Origin: Candidatus Dormiibacterota bacterium
GTDB taxonomy: Bacteria; Chloroflexota; Dormibacteria; Aeolococcales; Aeolococcaceae
Length of the DNA stretch: 64,000 nt
Direction of reading: 5' to 3'
Assembly: GCA_963718525.1 (NCBI GenBank)
Contig: OY970355.1
Location: 576,001-640,000, forward strand
The notes beneath the pieces were generated by a model, which saw nothing but the letters and a program-made list of their open reading frames with translations, was not told the DNA's origin and searched no databases. Below, in pieces: positions 30,945 to 41,467 of this stretch (the first letter of the stretch is position 1; each line of letters starts with the position of its first letter). Made by a program: the position numbers and the translations under genes.

Positions 30945-31586
30945 TCAAATCAGTCCCTGGCGCGCCGCGCTTATGGCAGCCTCCACCCGATTGCGGACGT
31001 CGAGCTTCGCGAAGATGTCCTGCACATGGCTCTTCACGGTGTTCTCGCTGAGGTGCACACGTTTGGCGATCTCCTTGTTGGAGTAGCCGTCGCTGATCAA
31101 CCGGAGGATTTGAGTTTGCCGCTCATTGAGCACTGGAGGATTGGCGGCTCCCGCGGTCGAGTTGGCGTCTCCGCGAACTCGATCCATGAGACGTTGGGCA
31201 ATCGTCGGCGAGACGACCGCCTCACCACGATAGACGGTGCGGATTGACTGCTTCAGGTCAAAGCGTTCGACGTCCTTGATGACGTACCCACGTGCACCGG
31301 CGCGGATGCTCTCTTCGACGAGCACGTCGTCGGAGTAGACGGTGAGGATGATCACCCTGACGTCGGGGTGCGTGATGCCGAGAATGCGGCACGCCTCGGG
31401 CCCCGAGATGCCCGGAAGACGGGCATCGAGGAGCACGATGTCGGGTCGGGTTTCAGAAACGAAGTCGGCGATGTCTTGGGCAGAATCTCGCTCGCCGACA
31501 ATCTCGAAGTCGGGATCATCGGCCAGCATTGCCCGAACCCCCTCGCGGACAACCTCGTGGTCGTCGATGATCGCGACGCGGATCAT
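30945..31586 (-). CDS. NarL/FixJ-type response regulator
   Basis: IIDDHEVVREG, LLDARLP, GYVIK, LuxR HTH LSENTVKSHV; ATGA overlap with kinase. Confidence 0.93.
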   Translation of the reverse strand: MIRVAIIDDHEVVREGVRAMLADDPDFEIVGERDSAQDIADFVSETRPDIVLLDARLPGISGPEACRILGITHPDVRVIILTVYSDDVLVEESIRAGARGYVIKDVERFDLKQSIRTVYRGEAVVSPTIAQRLMDRVRGDANSTAGAANPPVLNERQTQILRLISDGYSNKEIAKRVHLSENTVKSHVQDIFAKLDVRNRVEAAISAARQGLI

Positions 31587-32797
31587 CGCGTCGTCTTCGG
31601 TACGGGCACCGAGATCCTGACCATGAGTCCACAATCCTCACCATTCTCGATCGTCAGCGTTCCTCCGAGACCTTCAATCCTGCGTCGCATGTCGAAGAGC
31701 CCGAAATGGCGCTGACGTCCAGACGCCTCATTGTCGCCGGGCGTGGGCATACCGACGCCGTCGTCCTGCACGACGATCTCCACGTTATCGGATTCGTATC
31801 GCATGTTGATAAACACGCTCTGCGCATGGGCGTGACGACCGATATTGGTGAGTGCTTCTCTCACCACGGCCACCAGATCGTCCTGCAAGGTCTCGACCAT
31901 CGAATGGGGGATCCCCTGAACGATGAGGTCGACATCGAGGTTGTGTTCACGTCCGACACTGCGCAGCAGCGATTGGATCGTGGCGGTCAGATCCGGCTCG
32001 CCGTCAGGCGGTGCGCCGAGCGTGAAGATGGCGCTGCGCAGCTCGTCAAGTGCGCCGGCCGCCATCCGCCGGATGTCCAACACGCGGCGAGCGTTCTCCG
32101 AGTCTAGATCCCGCTCGAGCAGCGCATTGACGCTGAGCCCAAGGCTGAATAGGCTCTGTCCAACGCTGTCGTGAAGCCCGGACGCGATGCGGGCGCGGTC
32201 CTGTGCGAGCAGGCTCTCGCGTTCCGCGTGTCCGAGGCGTTGTTGGAGGTCCTCGAGCCCCGCAATCATCTCGCGCTGCCGCTCGTACAGGCGGCCGTTG
32301 TCGATCGCAACTGCTACCTGATTGGCGAAGGTGGCGAGCAGGCGTTCCTCATCATCGCCATATCCACCCAGGCGATTCCCGGCACCGATCATGCCGATGA
32401 CAGTGGCGCCGACCATGAGCGGTACTCCCAGAAAGGTGCGGACCTCGGGATGACCGGGTGGCGTCCCGACGTGGTTCGGGTCCGAGGCAACGTCATTGGA
32501 GATGTACGGGCGCTGATCGATGATGGTCACGCCGAAGACGCTGCGGCGCACAGGCATGACGCGGTAGCGGTCGTGAAAGGTCGGATCGGAAGCGAAGAAG
32601 CCCTTGACCGCGACGATGTCCATGTATTCGCCGCTTGTGCTGACGAGATCGATGAAGCCGAGCTCGGATCTCGTCAGCTCCAGGCAATATGCAAGCGCCC
32701 GTTCATAGATCTCAGGCAACTCCCGCAGGGACGCGATCTCGACGGAAATCGAGTGCAGCGAATTGAGCTGATCGCGGAAGGTCTGATCGGTTTGCAA
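31583..32797 (-). CDS. GAF-domain HisKA_3 sensor histidine kinase
   Basis: GTPPGHPEVRTFLGVP (GAF), RIASGLHDSVGQ, EALTNIGRHA, DDGVG, FGL. Confidence 0.92.
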   Translation of the reverse strand: MQTDQTFRDQLNSLHSISVEIASLRELPEIYERALAYCLELTRSELGFIDLVSTSGEYMDIVAVKGFFASDPTFHDRYRVMPVRRSVFGVTIIDQRPYISNDVASDPNHVGTPPGHPEVRTFLGVPLMVGATVIGMIGAGNRLGGYGDDEERLLATFANQVAVAIDNGRLYERQREMIAGLEDLQQRLGHAERESLLAQDRARIASGLHDSVGQSLFSLGLSVNALLERDLDSENARRVLDIRRMAAGALDELRSAIFTLGAPPDGEPDLTATIQSLLRSVGREHNLDVDLIVQGIPHSMVETLQDDLVAVVREALTNIGRHAHAQSVFINMRYESDNVEIVVQDDGVGMPTPGDNEASGRQRHFGLFDMRRRIEGLGGTLTIENGEDCGLMVRISVPVPKTTR

Positions 32798-32922
32798 CGA
32801 ACCCCTTGCCGTGGTTACGACGGCTTGGTGATCCTAGCACCGGCCACGTTGCCCCGTCAGGACGGGCCGGGTCCGCAATCCGTGTCTCGCCAATGCCACT
32901 GTGGATGCGGGACGGTAACGAA

Positions 32923-32961
32923 ATCCCCCGACTGGGTGATGGAGTTCCACCCGGGTGGGTG
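32923..32961. promoter_or_regulatory. Candidate NarL-type binding palindromes
   Basis: ATCCCCCGACTGGGTGAT followed by CCACCCGGGTGGGTGG, upstream of the kinase. Confidence 0.4.
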
Positions 32962-33117
32962 GTGACACCCGAGGTCCGGGCTGACACCCTCAGAGTAACG
33001 ATGGTCATAGACCCCTGCGCCATCCTTGCCGGCTGCGTACCCACCGATCCCAACGGATCGGTGGGTACAAATGCGCCGTCCCCCGCCGCACAGAGGGGAC
33101 CGCTGAGCGGTGACGGC

Positions 33118-33738
33118 ATGTGGCACCACCACTTCAGCGCCGGCTCCGGCGATGTGCATGTCAGGGCCGGTGCACACGTCTTTCGCGCCGGTCACACCCC
33201 GAAAATCGCGCTCCTCGGAGCCGGCCTCGTACGAGTGTTCCTCCTGACATCGGGGGGGCGGCAGTTGACCATCCGCTATGCACGGCAGGGTGAGCTGATC
33301 GGTCTAGCAGGCCACCTTGCTCGCACCGACCAGTGGAACGCCGAGGCGATCACGGACGCTAGTTTGAAGGTGCTGACCATCGAGCAACTTCGGAGCGCCG
33401 CGACGCACGACCCCGAACTGCCATGGCAGATCGCGGAACACGTCGCAACTTGGACCGCCGAGACGCTGCTCTCGATCGCTGATACAGATGGTCAACCGAT
33501 GGCCGTGCGCGTCGCTCGCCACCTTCGCGAAATCGCGCTTCGCGAGCCGGACGGGCATGCCGTTGCACATATCAGTCACCAGCGGTTGGCGGACGCGGTC
33601 GGCACGGTCCGTGAGGTCGTGAGTCGCGAACTGAACGCACTCCGACGGCGTGGCATCATCGAAACATCGACCGGATCGGTGACTGTCATCGATGAGGCTC
33701 GACTCGCCGATCTCGCTGTGGGGCGACTCAGCTCGTAG
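33118..33738 (+). CDS. Crp/Fnr family regulator
   Basis: GLVRVF..GRQLTIRY..GELIG, SHQRLADAVGTVREVVSRELN; start uncertain. Confidence 0.85.
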   Translation: MWHHHFSAGSGDVHVRAGAHVFRAGHTPKIALLGAGLVRVFLLTSGGRQLTIRYARQGELIGLAGHLARTDQWNAEAITDASLKVLTIEQLRSAATHDPELPWQIAEHVATWTAETLLSIADTDGQPMAVRVARHLREIALREPDGHAVAHISHQRLADAVGTVREVVSRELNALRRRGIIETSTGSVTVIDEARLADLAVGRLSS

Positions 33739-34051
33739 GGCGGCAACGCATGTCGCCCCCGGCGCGATCGCAGGCACCGACTTGCCATCGCGTTTGTGCA
33801 CAACCCGTGACCCAGATCACCAGCTTCGAGTTTTAGGTCACTCGCGCGTGGAGTTCGATGTGTCCGGGCGGTCACAGTGTAATCACGACGTCCGCGCTGG
33901 GTATCAGGAGGCCTACACCGCCACCCTAATACAGGTGCGTACGGCGCGCGAGGCACCCCGCAAGGCTGGATCGGGTGTTGAGCACGGTGGGGCGTTCAAC
34001 ACATCCGGATCGTGAACAATTGGCAGCCTACAAACGCTAATAGGACGTGCG

Positions 34052-36244
34052 ATGAACAGGCGACACGCTGCGCGTGGCGACCCGCCGGCAGTAGCACTCG
34101 CTCCTCGCACCGGCACGCCCACCCGCCTGGCACGCCGTCTCGACGCAGCCCACGAGGCTGGCCGTCAAGAAGGGCTCCGCCTATATCAGAGCATGTTTGA
34201 GCGCGGGTCGCTGGGGCAGTTGATCGTCGACTTCACCGAGTTTCGCATCCACGTCGCGAACCAGGCGCTCTGCACCATGACTGGATACAGCGCTGACGAA
34301 CTCGTCGAGGCGCCGGTCGGGAAGATCTTCCCAGCCGACCAAAATCCCACGCCCGATGCGATCGAACGTCTGTCCGGTGGCCATGTCGACGGATACTCCG
34401 TCGAGCGGGTGCTGCAGCACAAGGACGGCCATATCTTCCCGATACTATCGACGGTCTCCGCGGTGCGCGATGAGGCGGGGGTACCAGTACAGGCATTGGT
34501 GCTCATGCAGGATTTGACGCAGCACCATCAGGTCAAGGCGGCACAAGCGCGTAGCCAGGCCGTGATTGACGCGGCGGTCGCCGCACTCCCCGTCGTCTTC
34601 ACCACATACGACACCAGCCTGCGGCTGACCTTCGCAGCCGGGGAGCGCGAGCTCGCGGGCATACGCCTCAAAGACTATGTTGGGAAGCACGTTTCGGAGA
34701 TCGCGCCCGATGCAGGGGGACTGTTCGCACTTGAACAAGCGCTTGCCGGATTGCAATCGACGTCCAGGGCGCTATTCAACGGCAGCACGTATCTCACACT
34801 CAACGCCCCGATGCGCGATGACGCGGGTGCAATAATCGGTGTGATTGCCGTATCCAGCAACATCACAGCCGAGGTTTCGGCTGAGGCGGAGCGCCGGCGG
34901 GCCGACGAGTTGCGCCTGTTTGCCGTGCGACACGATGCACTTACCGGCCTTCTCGGACGGTCCGGTCTCGTGGAACACCTCAATGACCTCGCGGCATCCG
35001 GCCAGCTGACCGGCGCCCTGCTCCTCCTCGATCTCGACGACTTCAATCTCATCAACGACAGCCTCGGCCACAAGGTCGGCGACGCCGTATTGCGTGTGAT
35101 CGCAGCACGGATCTCGACGATCTTTCCCGAGTTGGTGGTTGCCAGGTATGGGGCTGATGAGTTTGCGGTGGTGGCACCATCTGTGAACAATCGACTCGAA
35201 GCAGCCAACGCCGCAACCCGCATCTTCGCAACGCTCGAGGACGATGTACAGGTTCACAGTCATCCCCTCCACGTCACCGCGAGTCTTGGCATCGGCCTGC
35301 AGAGGATGCCGCGTGGCCTATCGGCACCGACGCTGATTCGCAATGCGGCCTCCGCGTTGACGCACGCCAGGAGTGCAGGCGCGGGACAGTACCGACTCTA
35401 CGACGCCGCGATGAGACGACAGGTGCGGCATCAGCTCGAAATCCAGGATGGACTGCGTCGAGCGATGAACGCCGGGCAGTTGCACCTGGCGTATCAGCCG
35501 ATCGTCAACCTCTTCGATCAGCGCGTGATCGGTGCCGAGGCATTGCTGCGGTGGAGGCATCCTGAGCAAGGGATCATTCCGCCCAGTGACTTCATCCCGA
35601 TTGCTGAGAAGAGCGGCCTCATCGTGCCGATTGGTCAGTGGGTGATGTCGACGGCGTGCTCGAGCATCCTCACTCTGCAACGCAACCACGGCATCTACAT
35701 CGCAGTCAACGTCTCGGTGCGCCAATTGGCCGGCGACCTCTTCGCGGGATGGGTCGAGGACGTCCTGAGAAGCACTGGGCTGTCCCCCAATGCACTGGTC
35801 GTCGAGGTCACCGAGAGCGCGCTCATGGACGACATCGGACTCACCCGAAGAGCCTTTGAGCGGCTGCGGTCTCAAGGTGTCAAGGTCGCAATCGACGACT
35901 TCGGCACGGGATATTCGTCCCTGGCTCGGCTGCAGCGTCTCCCCGTCGACGTGATCAAGCTCGACCGCGCGTTCGTCACCGATATCGACAATCGGGCCCC
36001 GGCACGATCGATGGCCGCGGCCATTCTTCAGGTGAGTGCAGCGATCGGCGCACGGATCGTCGCCGAGGGCATCGAGACCGATGCGGAGGCTGCCACGCTG
36101 GCTGAGCTTGGGTACACCATCGGACAGGGCTTCCTCTTCGGGAGACCGATGCCCATCGAGGAGCTGCAAGAGCATTTGAGGGCTGACGAGCGATTCTCAA
36201 TCAATCCGATACCGATAGCGACCTCAATGCCGAGCAGGATCTGA
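34052..36244 (+). CDS. PAS-PAS-GGDEF-EAL protein
   Basis: HDALTGL, DLDDF..INDSLGH, ARYGADEF, YQP, AEALLRW, IDDFGTGYSSL. Confidence 0.93.
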   Translation: MNRRHAARGDPPAVALAPRTGTPTRLARRLDAAHEAGRQEGLRLYQSMFERGSLGQLIVDFTEFRIHVANQALCTMTGYSADELVEAPVGKIFPADQNPTPDAIERLSGGHVDGYSVERVLQHKDGHIFPILSTVSAVRDEAGVPVQALVLMQDLTQHHQVKAAQARSQAVIDAAVAALPVVFTTYDTSLRLTFAAGERELAGIRLKDYVGKHVSEIAPDAGGLFALEQALAGLQSTSRALFNGSTYLTLNAPMRDDAGAIIGVIAVSSNITAEVSAEAERRRADELRLFAVRHDALTGLLGRSGLVEHLNDLAASGQLTGALLLLDLDDFNLINDSLGHKVGDAVLRVIAARISTIFPELVVARYGADEFAVVAPSVNNRLEAANAATRIFATLEDDVQVHSHPLHVTASLGIGLQRMPRGLSAPTLIRNAASALTHARSAGAGQYRLYDAAMRRQVRHQLEIQDGLRRAMNAGQLHLAYQPIVNLFDQRVIGAEALLRWRHPEQGIIPPSDFIPIAEKSGLIVPIGQWVMSTACSSILTLQRNHGIYIAVNVSVRQLAGDLFAGWVEDVLRSTGLSPNALVVEVTESALMDDIGLTRRAFERLRSQGVKVAIDDFGTGYSSLARLQRLPVDVIKLDRAFVTDIDNRAPARSMAAAILQVSAAIGARIVAEGIETDAEAATLAELGYTIGQGFLFGRPMPIEELQEHLRADERFSINPIPIATSMPSRI

Positions 36245-36352
36245 TGCCGTACATCAGGGACCGCCCGACAAGTTGACACCCGACGAGATTTGGGCGGGCA
36301 GTCGCGACGTTGCGAGCGATTTGTCCGGGGGTCAGGCGAGTCCTCTGGCGCG

Positions 36353-38662
36353 TTACTGGAACCAGCCCTCCACATCCAGGACGGCATTCACGTTGCCATT
36401 CGCGTTGAAGAGGCGGATATTCCCGCCAGGAGCGAGATGCGACAGGCCGACCACAACCAGGTTGGGGAGCACCGGACCCACGATGTTTAGATCCGAGGCG
36501 TTCGGACGGGGAGTGACGTCGGCTGGATACGCGATGAGGTATGTGCTTGTCGACGGAGCAACTGCCGTGAGATTGGCAATGACGGCGACCGGACCGATCT
36601 TCGGAACCCCCCCAACACCCGCAACGCCGATTGAGAGCGTTGCGTCCGCACCGAGCGTGTGGCTCGAGCATGGCGTAGCGGATCCGACTCGGGTGTCACA
36701 TACCCGGGTCGGACCGATCGCCTGGAATTGGGCGCCGAGCGGGGTCGAGGTCAGGCTGGATCCAAACCACCCATTCGCATCGAGGACGAAGTCGATGGAG
36801 CCGACTGCGTTGTAGACACAGACATCGGTTGCGGGGGCTCCAGTTGCGTCAGCTCCGAGGCTCACCATCACTCGGTTCGCCTCGGTCGCACCACCATTAA
36901 GGTTGATGGTGGATGTGGTGGATGCGGTTGGACACGAACCGTCCGCACGCGAAGGGAACACGCTGAGGTACGTTGGCAGTGTCCCCCCGGTCGCGGTGAG
37001 GTTGAGGACAGCTGCCTGGGCAGTGCCGTCACTCGGGATGCTCGCGGGAGCACCAAAGACGCCGCTCGGGAGGCCGGAAACGTTAACTTTGACCACCGAG
37101 TTCGGGCCGAGCCGATGCCCAGTACCGGTTCCTTGATTGCAGACGTTGGCAGCTTGCCCCGCCCGCGTGTCACAGACGCGCAGGGGCGACATCGCGTGGA
37201 ACTCACCCGCAGGATCGCCACTCGCATTGGGAGCGAAATAGCCCTCGATGTCAGCCACGACGTCGAGAGAGCCGATCGGGTTGAAGATGTTGACGGCCCA
37301 GTTCGGTGACGCGGCGCTCGTTTGCCCCAAGGTGACGGTCACGAGGTTGGGGGTGACTGTTCCCGCGTTGAAGTTCAAGTTCGACGCTCGAGGAAGCGCC
37401 GTGCCGGTCGGATAGATTGTCAGCAGGCCGCCGGTACGACCAGACACTGCTGTCACGTTCATGACGATCGCAGTGGCGGTGGCAGGAACTTGATCGGCAC
37501 CACCCTTGAGGCCGGTGACGCCGGTGATCTGCAAAGTCCTCGTCTGATTCGACGCGAGCCCTCCGGCGCCACATTGCACGCACGTTCGTGCGCGAGTGTC
37601 GAGTATGCGAAATGGCGTGACAGCAACATAACTCGCCAAGCTGGTGAATACGTAGCCCGAATTGGCGCTGAGCGCGCTCGATCCCTTCGACGTCGTGACC
37701 TGCAAGCGGTCGTATCCCGCCGCGTGAGCCGGGGTGGTGATATTGAATGACGTGGTCGTGATGCGCTGTGGCGTGATCGCCGTGCCGCCCAACGAAACCG
37801 TCATCGAGGCTGCGAATCCTGTGCCGGTGACCGTCACTACCTGGCCGCCGGTTGCCGGGCCCGCAGCCGGCGCAAGCGACACAACCACCGGGAACGGTGG
37901 CGTGACCACCACAGCAGGACCGACGGCAACGGCCATACCATGGAACGTCGAGAGCATGCGCGCGAACTGAGATTCCGAGTACGTGTACTGATTGCCCGAG
38001 TAGACGTCGAGCAGGGTTATCGAATGTCCTGGGTATGTACCGAGCACGGTGACTGCATGCTCATGGAGCGTATAAGGAACCTTCCGTCCATCAAACGCGG
38101 TCCACGTGTCAGTGGAATATCCGGCGCCACTGGCGAGGCTTCGAAAATCGATCCAGACGACGACCGGATTCCCGGCTTCAAGTTCAGCTTCAATGGTGGC
38201 CGTGGTCCATCCCGTCTTGGCGACCTCTGTATGACCCACCTCGGTAACCACATTGGCAATAGGCTGGTAGTAGACTCCATACCCGTCGCCGGGAGCGAAG
38301 CCCTCGCGCCCGTTGACGTTGCCGACGAAATCGTCGTAGGGATCGCCCCAGGTGATATTGCCTCCCGTGTCGATGGCGTTTCGGTGATCATCGGGAAGTT
38401 GGTTGAAGATCCAGTTCTGCAGATTCGATGTCCCGGTGTTCACGGCAATTTTTCTTGCGACGAACGCTGCCGCGAGCGCGGCAGCTTCACAATCCAGGTT
38501 CTTGTCTTGGACCGTGAGAAGTGGATCCAGGTTCAAGGGCCCGGGATGCGTGATCGCGGCGACCCGGAGTGGTGACCCTGCGAGACTGACAGCTCCTATG
38601 CTGGCGCCGACGAGTAAGGCGACCAAAATGGTTGCTGCCGAATGGCGCCGATGGCAGGTCAT
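36353..38662 (-). CDS. Secreted C39-like cysteine peptidase with IPT/TIG and three P.R(I/V).DTR repeat domains
   Basis: QDKNLDCEAAAL, GDPYDDFVGN, EHAVTVLG, LLDVYSG; repeats PFRILDTR, PLRVCDTR, PTRVCDTR ending D..G(Y/W)F. Confidence 0.82.
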   Translation of the reverse strand: MTCHRRHSAATILVALLVGASIGAVSLAGSPLRVAAITHPGPLNLDPLLTVQDKNLDCEAAALAAAFVARKIAVNTGTSNLQNWIFNQLPDDHRNAIDTGGNITWGDPYDDFVGNVNGREGFAPGDGYGVYYQPIANVVTEVGHTEVAKTGWTTATIEAELEAGNPVVVWIDFRSLASGAGYSTDTWTAFDGRKVPYTLHEHAVTVLGTYPGHSITLLDVYSGNQYTYSESQFARMLSTFHGMAVAVGPAVVVTPPFPVVVSLAPAAGPATGGQVVTVTGTGFAASMTVSLGGTAITPQRITTTSFNITTPAHAAGYDRLQVTTSKGSSALSANSGYVFTSLASYVAVTPFRILDTRARTCVQCGAGGLASNQTRTLQITGVTGLKGGADQVPATATAIVMNVTAVSGRTGGLLTIYPTGTALPRASNLNFNAGTVTPNLVTVTLGQTSAASPNWAVNIFNPIGSLDVVADIEGYFAPNASGDPAGEFHAMSPLRVCDTRAGQAANVCNQGTGTGHRLGPNSVVKVNVSGLPSGVFGAPASIPSDGTAQAAVLNLTATGGTLPTYLSVFPSRADGSCPTASTTSTINLNGGATEANRVMVSLGADATGAPATDVCVYNAVGSIDFVLDANGWFGSSLTSTPLGAQFQAIGPTRVCDTRVGSATPCSSHTLGADATLSIGVAGVGGVPKIGPVAVIANLTAVAPSTSTYLIAYPADVTPRPNASDLNIVGPVLPNLVVVGLSHLAPGGNIRLFNANGNVNAVLDVEGWFQ

Positions 38663-38922
38663 GTGCTTGACGCTGCGCTCTTAGCATATCGCGTGCCGAA
38701 CGAGCGGTTACGGTACTCGCTGCGAACGGTACCGAAGTAGTGCGATGTGCGTGGATAGCGAGGCTACCACCAACACAATCAATTACAAATGTGTCTGCGA
38801 GTGGAGCGTGAGACGCCCAAAGCCCGCGCATCACCGCTGCTGGTCAACGAAGAAGAACGGCCGGCTGGCGAACACCGCGTCGACCAAGTCTCGAGCCGCG
38901 TCAAGTCCAGTGACGCTCGCGA

Positions 38923-39366
38923 TCAGACTCGCGCGAGTTCCTCGGTTGCCTGCATGGCTCCATGAAGTGAACGGCCTGATATCGCTTCGATTCGGATGCG
39001 CACCCAGTGCTCAGCCGGAGAACGCAACCAGGAACTCGGGGCGCCCCGACGCAGGATCTCGAGTTCGCTTGGGTCGGTCACCTCCCGAGCGACGCCATGG
39101 ACGAGGACACTCCAACCTTCACGATCCGCCCACCTGCTCTCGTCGGCCTGAAACGACAAATGCCCGCGCAGGCTCAACCATGTGAGCGTGCTCCCCTTGG
39201 CAGTGCAGAAGACGATGTCGCCGTCGCGCACCGTGAAGTTGACCGGCAGGATGATCGCGATGCCGTCGGTCACGTAGCCGATTCGGCCGACGACCACCTG
39301 CTCAAGAAGCTCGAGGCACTCCTCACGGGTGAGGGTTTGGAGGTGAGCTTGCTGGAAGTCACTCAT
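38923..39366 (-). CDS. Pyridoxamine 5'-phosphate oxidase-like (split-barrel) protein
   Basis: LTREECLELL..VGRIG, ILPVNF, GWSVLVHG, ISGR. Confidence 0.88.
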   Translation of the reverse strand: MSDFQQAHLQTLTREECLELLEQVVVGRIGYVTDGIAIILPVNFTVRDGDIVFCTAKGSTLTWLSLRGHLSFQADESRWADREGWSVLVHGVAREVTDPSELEILRRGAPSSWLRSPAEHWVRIRIEAISGRSLHGAMQATEELARV

Positions 39367-39585
39367 TTTGGGGTCTCGGAACTCGCGTGTCTTATGATGG
39401 TCGACGCCTGTTACGCGTACGAGCTCATCCTCGTCGGCGTGCGATGGGATTGGTAGGGCCGAACGTCATCAACACACACCTCCAATCGGCCTGCTCACCA
39501 GGGTGCACATCCCCGAGACCGCAAGGAGCAGCGCACCGATCGCGACCTCCAGGTGCTGGCTGGCATCGGTCGAATCCACGTCGAG

Positions 39586-39622
39586 CGGTCATAGGTCCCT
39601 CTGAATCGGCGACGTTCGGCAC
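39586..39622. promoter_or_regulatory. Tandem DosR/DevR-like boxes
   Basis: CGGTCATAGGTCCC 39586-39599 and GCGACGTTCGGCAC 39609-39622. Confidence 0.55.
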
Positions 39623-39657
39623 TGTTTCCGGACGTCACCCGAAGCCATGCTCCCGTC

Positions 39658-39903
39658 ATGAACAGTGATGGATCGTTCGTGATGCTGGACCCGGCAACGG
39701 ACGACGTGCTCGCCGAGTGCAGCGGGCCAACCGTCGACGGCCGCTGTCCGGTGAGCGATGCCCCGCCTTATATGTGCGCGGGACTGCACCTCGTCGGCAC
39801 GCCGGGAACCGGTGGCCGTGGGGTCTCGCTCACGGTGACAACCATGCAGCCTGGACGGTGCCCGCTCTCGGTCGCCGGCAGCGAGGCACCCGACCGCTCG
39901 TAA
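39658..39903 (+). CDS. Small Cys-containing hypothetical protein
   Basis: ECSGP..GRCP..MCAG..GRCPL; CATGCT 6 nt before ATG. Confidence 0.55.
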   Translation: MNSDGSFVMLDPATDDVLAECSGPTVDGRCPVSDAPPYMCAGLHLVGTPGTGGRGVSLTVTTMQPGRCPLSVAGSEAPDRS

Positions 39904-40430
39904 GGGCACCTGCAATAACGGTTCTAGAACACCTGGAGGAACTCCGATGGCGTGGCTCTGGTGGCGGCAGCATCGAGCGGATCGTGCTGAGATGGTCAGA
40001 ATCCGGCTCTATCTCGAGCGGCGCGCAGCGCAACGTCGGCTCGCAGAAAGCATCACCGATGCGCGCCGGCACGACGATGGCATCATCCGCCTGGACACGG
40101 GGTTCGGCAGCGGCTTTGTGGGCTGACCACGTCTCGACCCGGTGCTCGTAGGTAGCGGTGTTTGGCAGTTGAAGGTCACCGACGCCGGCGCGAACCGGTA
40201 GCCGTGCACGAGTCACTACGGGATGGTGGGCAACACCGTCGCGCGCTCAGGACGGGCAGCGCCGCGAGCTCGCGGCATCCAAACACACTCGGCCGCGACG
40301 GGCTAGTCAACGAACGCGAAACCCGCGGCGTTGGGGGCCAGTACGCCGGTTCATCGGGTGCCCCGAGGCCCAGCGTTTCTTGGGACCAATGGCACTTGTG
40401 GAACCATTCCGGGGGGGTGACCATCGAAAC

Positions 40431-40691
40431 ATGACTAGAGCAGCGACGGCGGTCTCCCCAGCGGCGCGGCGGGTCACCGTGCGAGTGGCGTACGGAGCCG
40501 CGGATGTCGAGCGGGCAGCTGATTCGATGGACGTGCTGGTGAGCGACGAAGAGGTAGGGGTGATACTGGAGGCCATCGACGGCGAGCTCGCGACCCTGGC
40601 GGCTGCTGCGACGCGTACCGCAGTCGTGGAGCGGATATTCGACCAGTTGCAGACGGTCTCGAACGCGCACGCGTGTTGCGACGACGACTGA
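40431..40691 (+). CDS. Small acidic hypothetical protein
   Basis: Helical-looking 86-aa ORF ending HACCDDD; box GGGACCAATGGCAC at 40382-40395 upstream. Confidence 0.5.
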   Translation: MTRAATAVSPAARRVTVRVAYGAADVERAADSMDVLVSDEEVGVILEAIDGELATLAAAATRTAVVERIFDQLQTVSNAHACCDDD

Positions 40692-40830
40692 GCATCTCAG
40701 CAGCCAGGAGTGATGTCCAGCTAACGGCAACGACAGCTGCTGGCGACGGTCTCGATGGATGCGGGTGACGGGAGATCTAGGGCACCGCGATAAGGTGCCG
40801 CGGGCTCGGGGCGGTTGGCCTCCCAGATTC

Positions 40831-40844
40831 GGGACCTTCGACCC
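40831..40844. promoter_or_regulatory. DosR/DevR-like box
   Basis: ttcGGGACCTTCGACCCtgg. Confidence 0.55.
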
Positions 40845-40878
40845 TGGCTGCGATCAGAGGTCTCGGCGGATGATCGTC

Positions 40879-41214
40879 ATGCCACCCGCGCTAGGACGGG
40901 CGGACGGGGAGCCTCCCGGAAGCTCGCGTCGCAGCACCCAACTTGTGAAACAGTACGACGAGTTGCAGAGCCGGGAGACGCTCCCCGCATCGTGTCCGGG
41001 CGGAAACGAGGCAGGCTCGCCCGTCCGCGCTGATGAGCCCGCCTTCTGCCCGTATTCCGAGGAGACGGTCACTGGTTGTCGCCACTACCGCGCGAAGTCC
41101 GAGCACGGTGACTTCGCGGACGCGGCGGAGTGCCAGGCGGTTCTCGTCATCAGCCTATCGAGTCATCAACGCCAGCGCACCTGCAGGCGCCATGGAGCCC
41201 AAACCTTCCCCTAG
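40879..41214 (+). CDS. Cys/His-containing hypothetical protein
   Basis: SCPGG..FCPY..GCRHY..ECQAV..TCRRH; start uncertain. Confidence 0.35.
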   Translation: MPPALGRADGEPPGSSRRSTQLVKQYDELQSRETLPASCPGGNEAGSPVRADEPAFCPYSEETVTGCRHYRAKSEHGDFADAAECQAVLVISLSSHQRQRTCRRHGAQTFP

Positions 41215-41412
41215 GGCACGGGCGTCTAGGACGCAGTGACTCGTGAGCAGCTGATGTGGACTCATCCGTTCCGCAATCCGTCGATGATTTCGCTGCTTAC
41301 ATACTCACGCCCATCGAGTGATCCGGCGATGCGCATGCGAGCACCACGACCGTGATCAGGATAGATATGCCTGAGCTGGAGCGGGCATTGACTTCCAGCA
41401 GTGATCGGACTA

Positions 41413-41442
41413 TTGTATCAATGTACTGATACATCGATACAA
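41413..41442. promoter_or_regulatory. YtrA/GntR-type operator
   Basis: TTGTATCAATGTA-ctga-TACATCGATACAA inverted repeat upstream of the membrane protein-GntR operon. Confidence 0.75.
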
Positions 41443-41467
41443 CCGGAGCTCCGGTGGAGGCCCAACC

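Noticed and set aside
30945-32797. Calling the two-component pair dosR/dosS
   Set aside because: Single GAF domain and a recognition helix unlike DosR; only family-level similarity.
35146-35165. GADEF motif as a novelty
   Set aside because: Variant GGDEF motifs are common in GGDEF-EAL hybrids.
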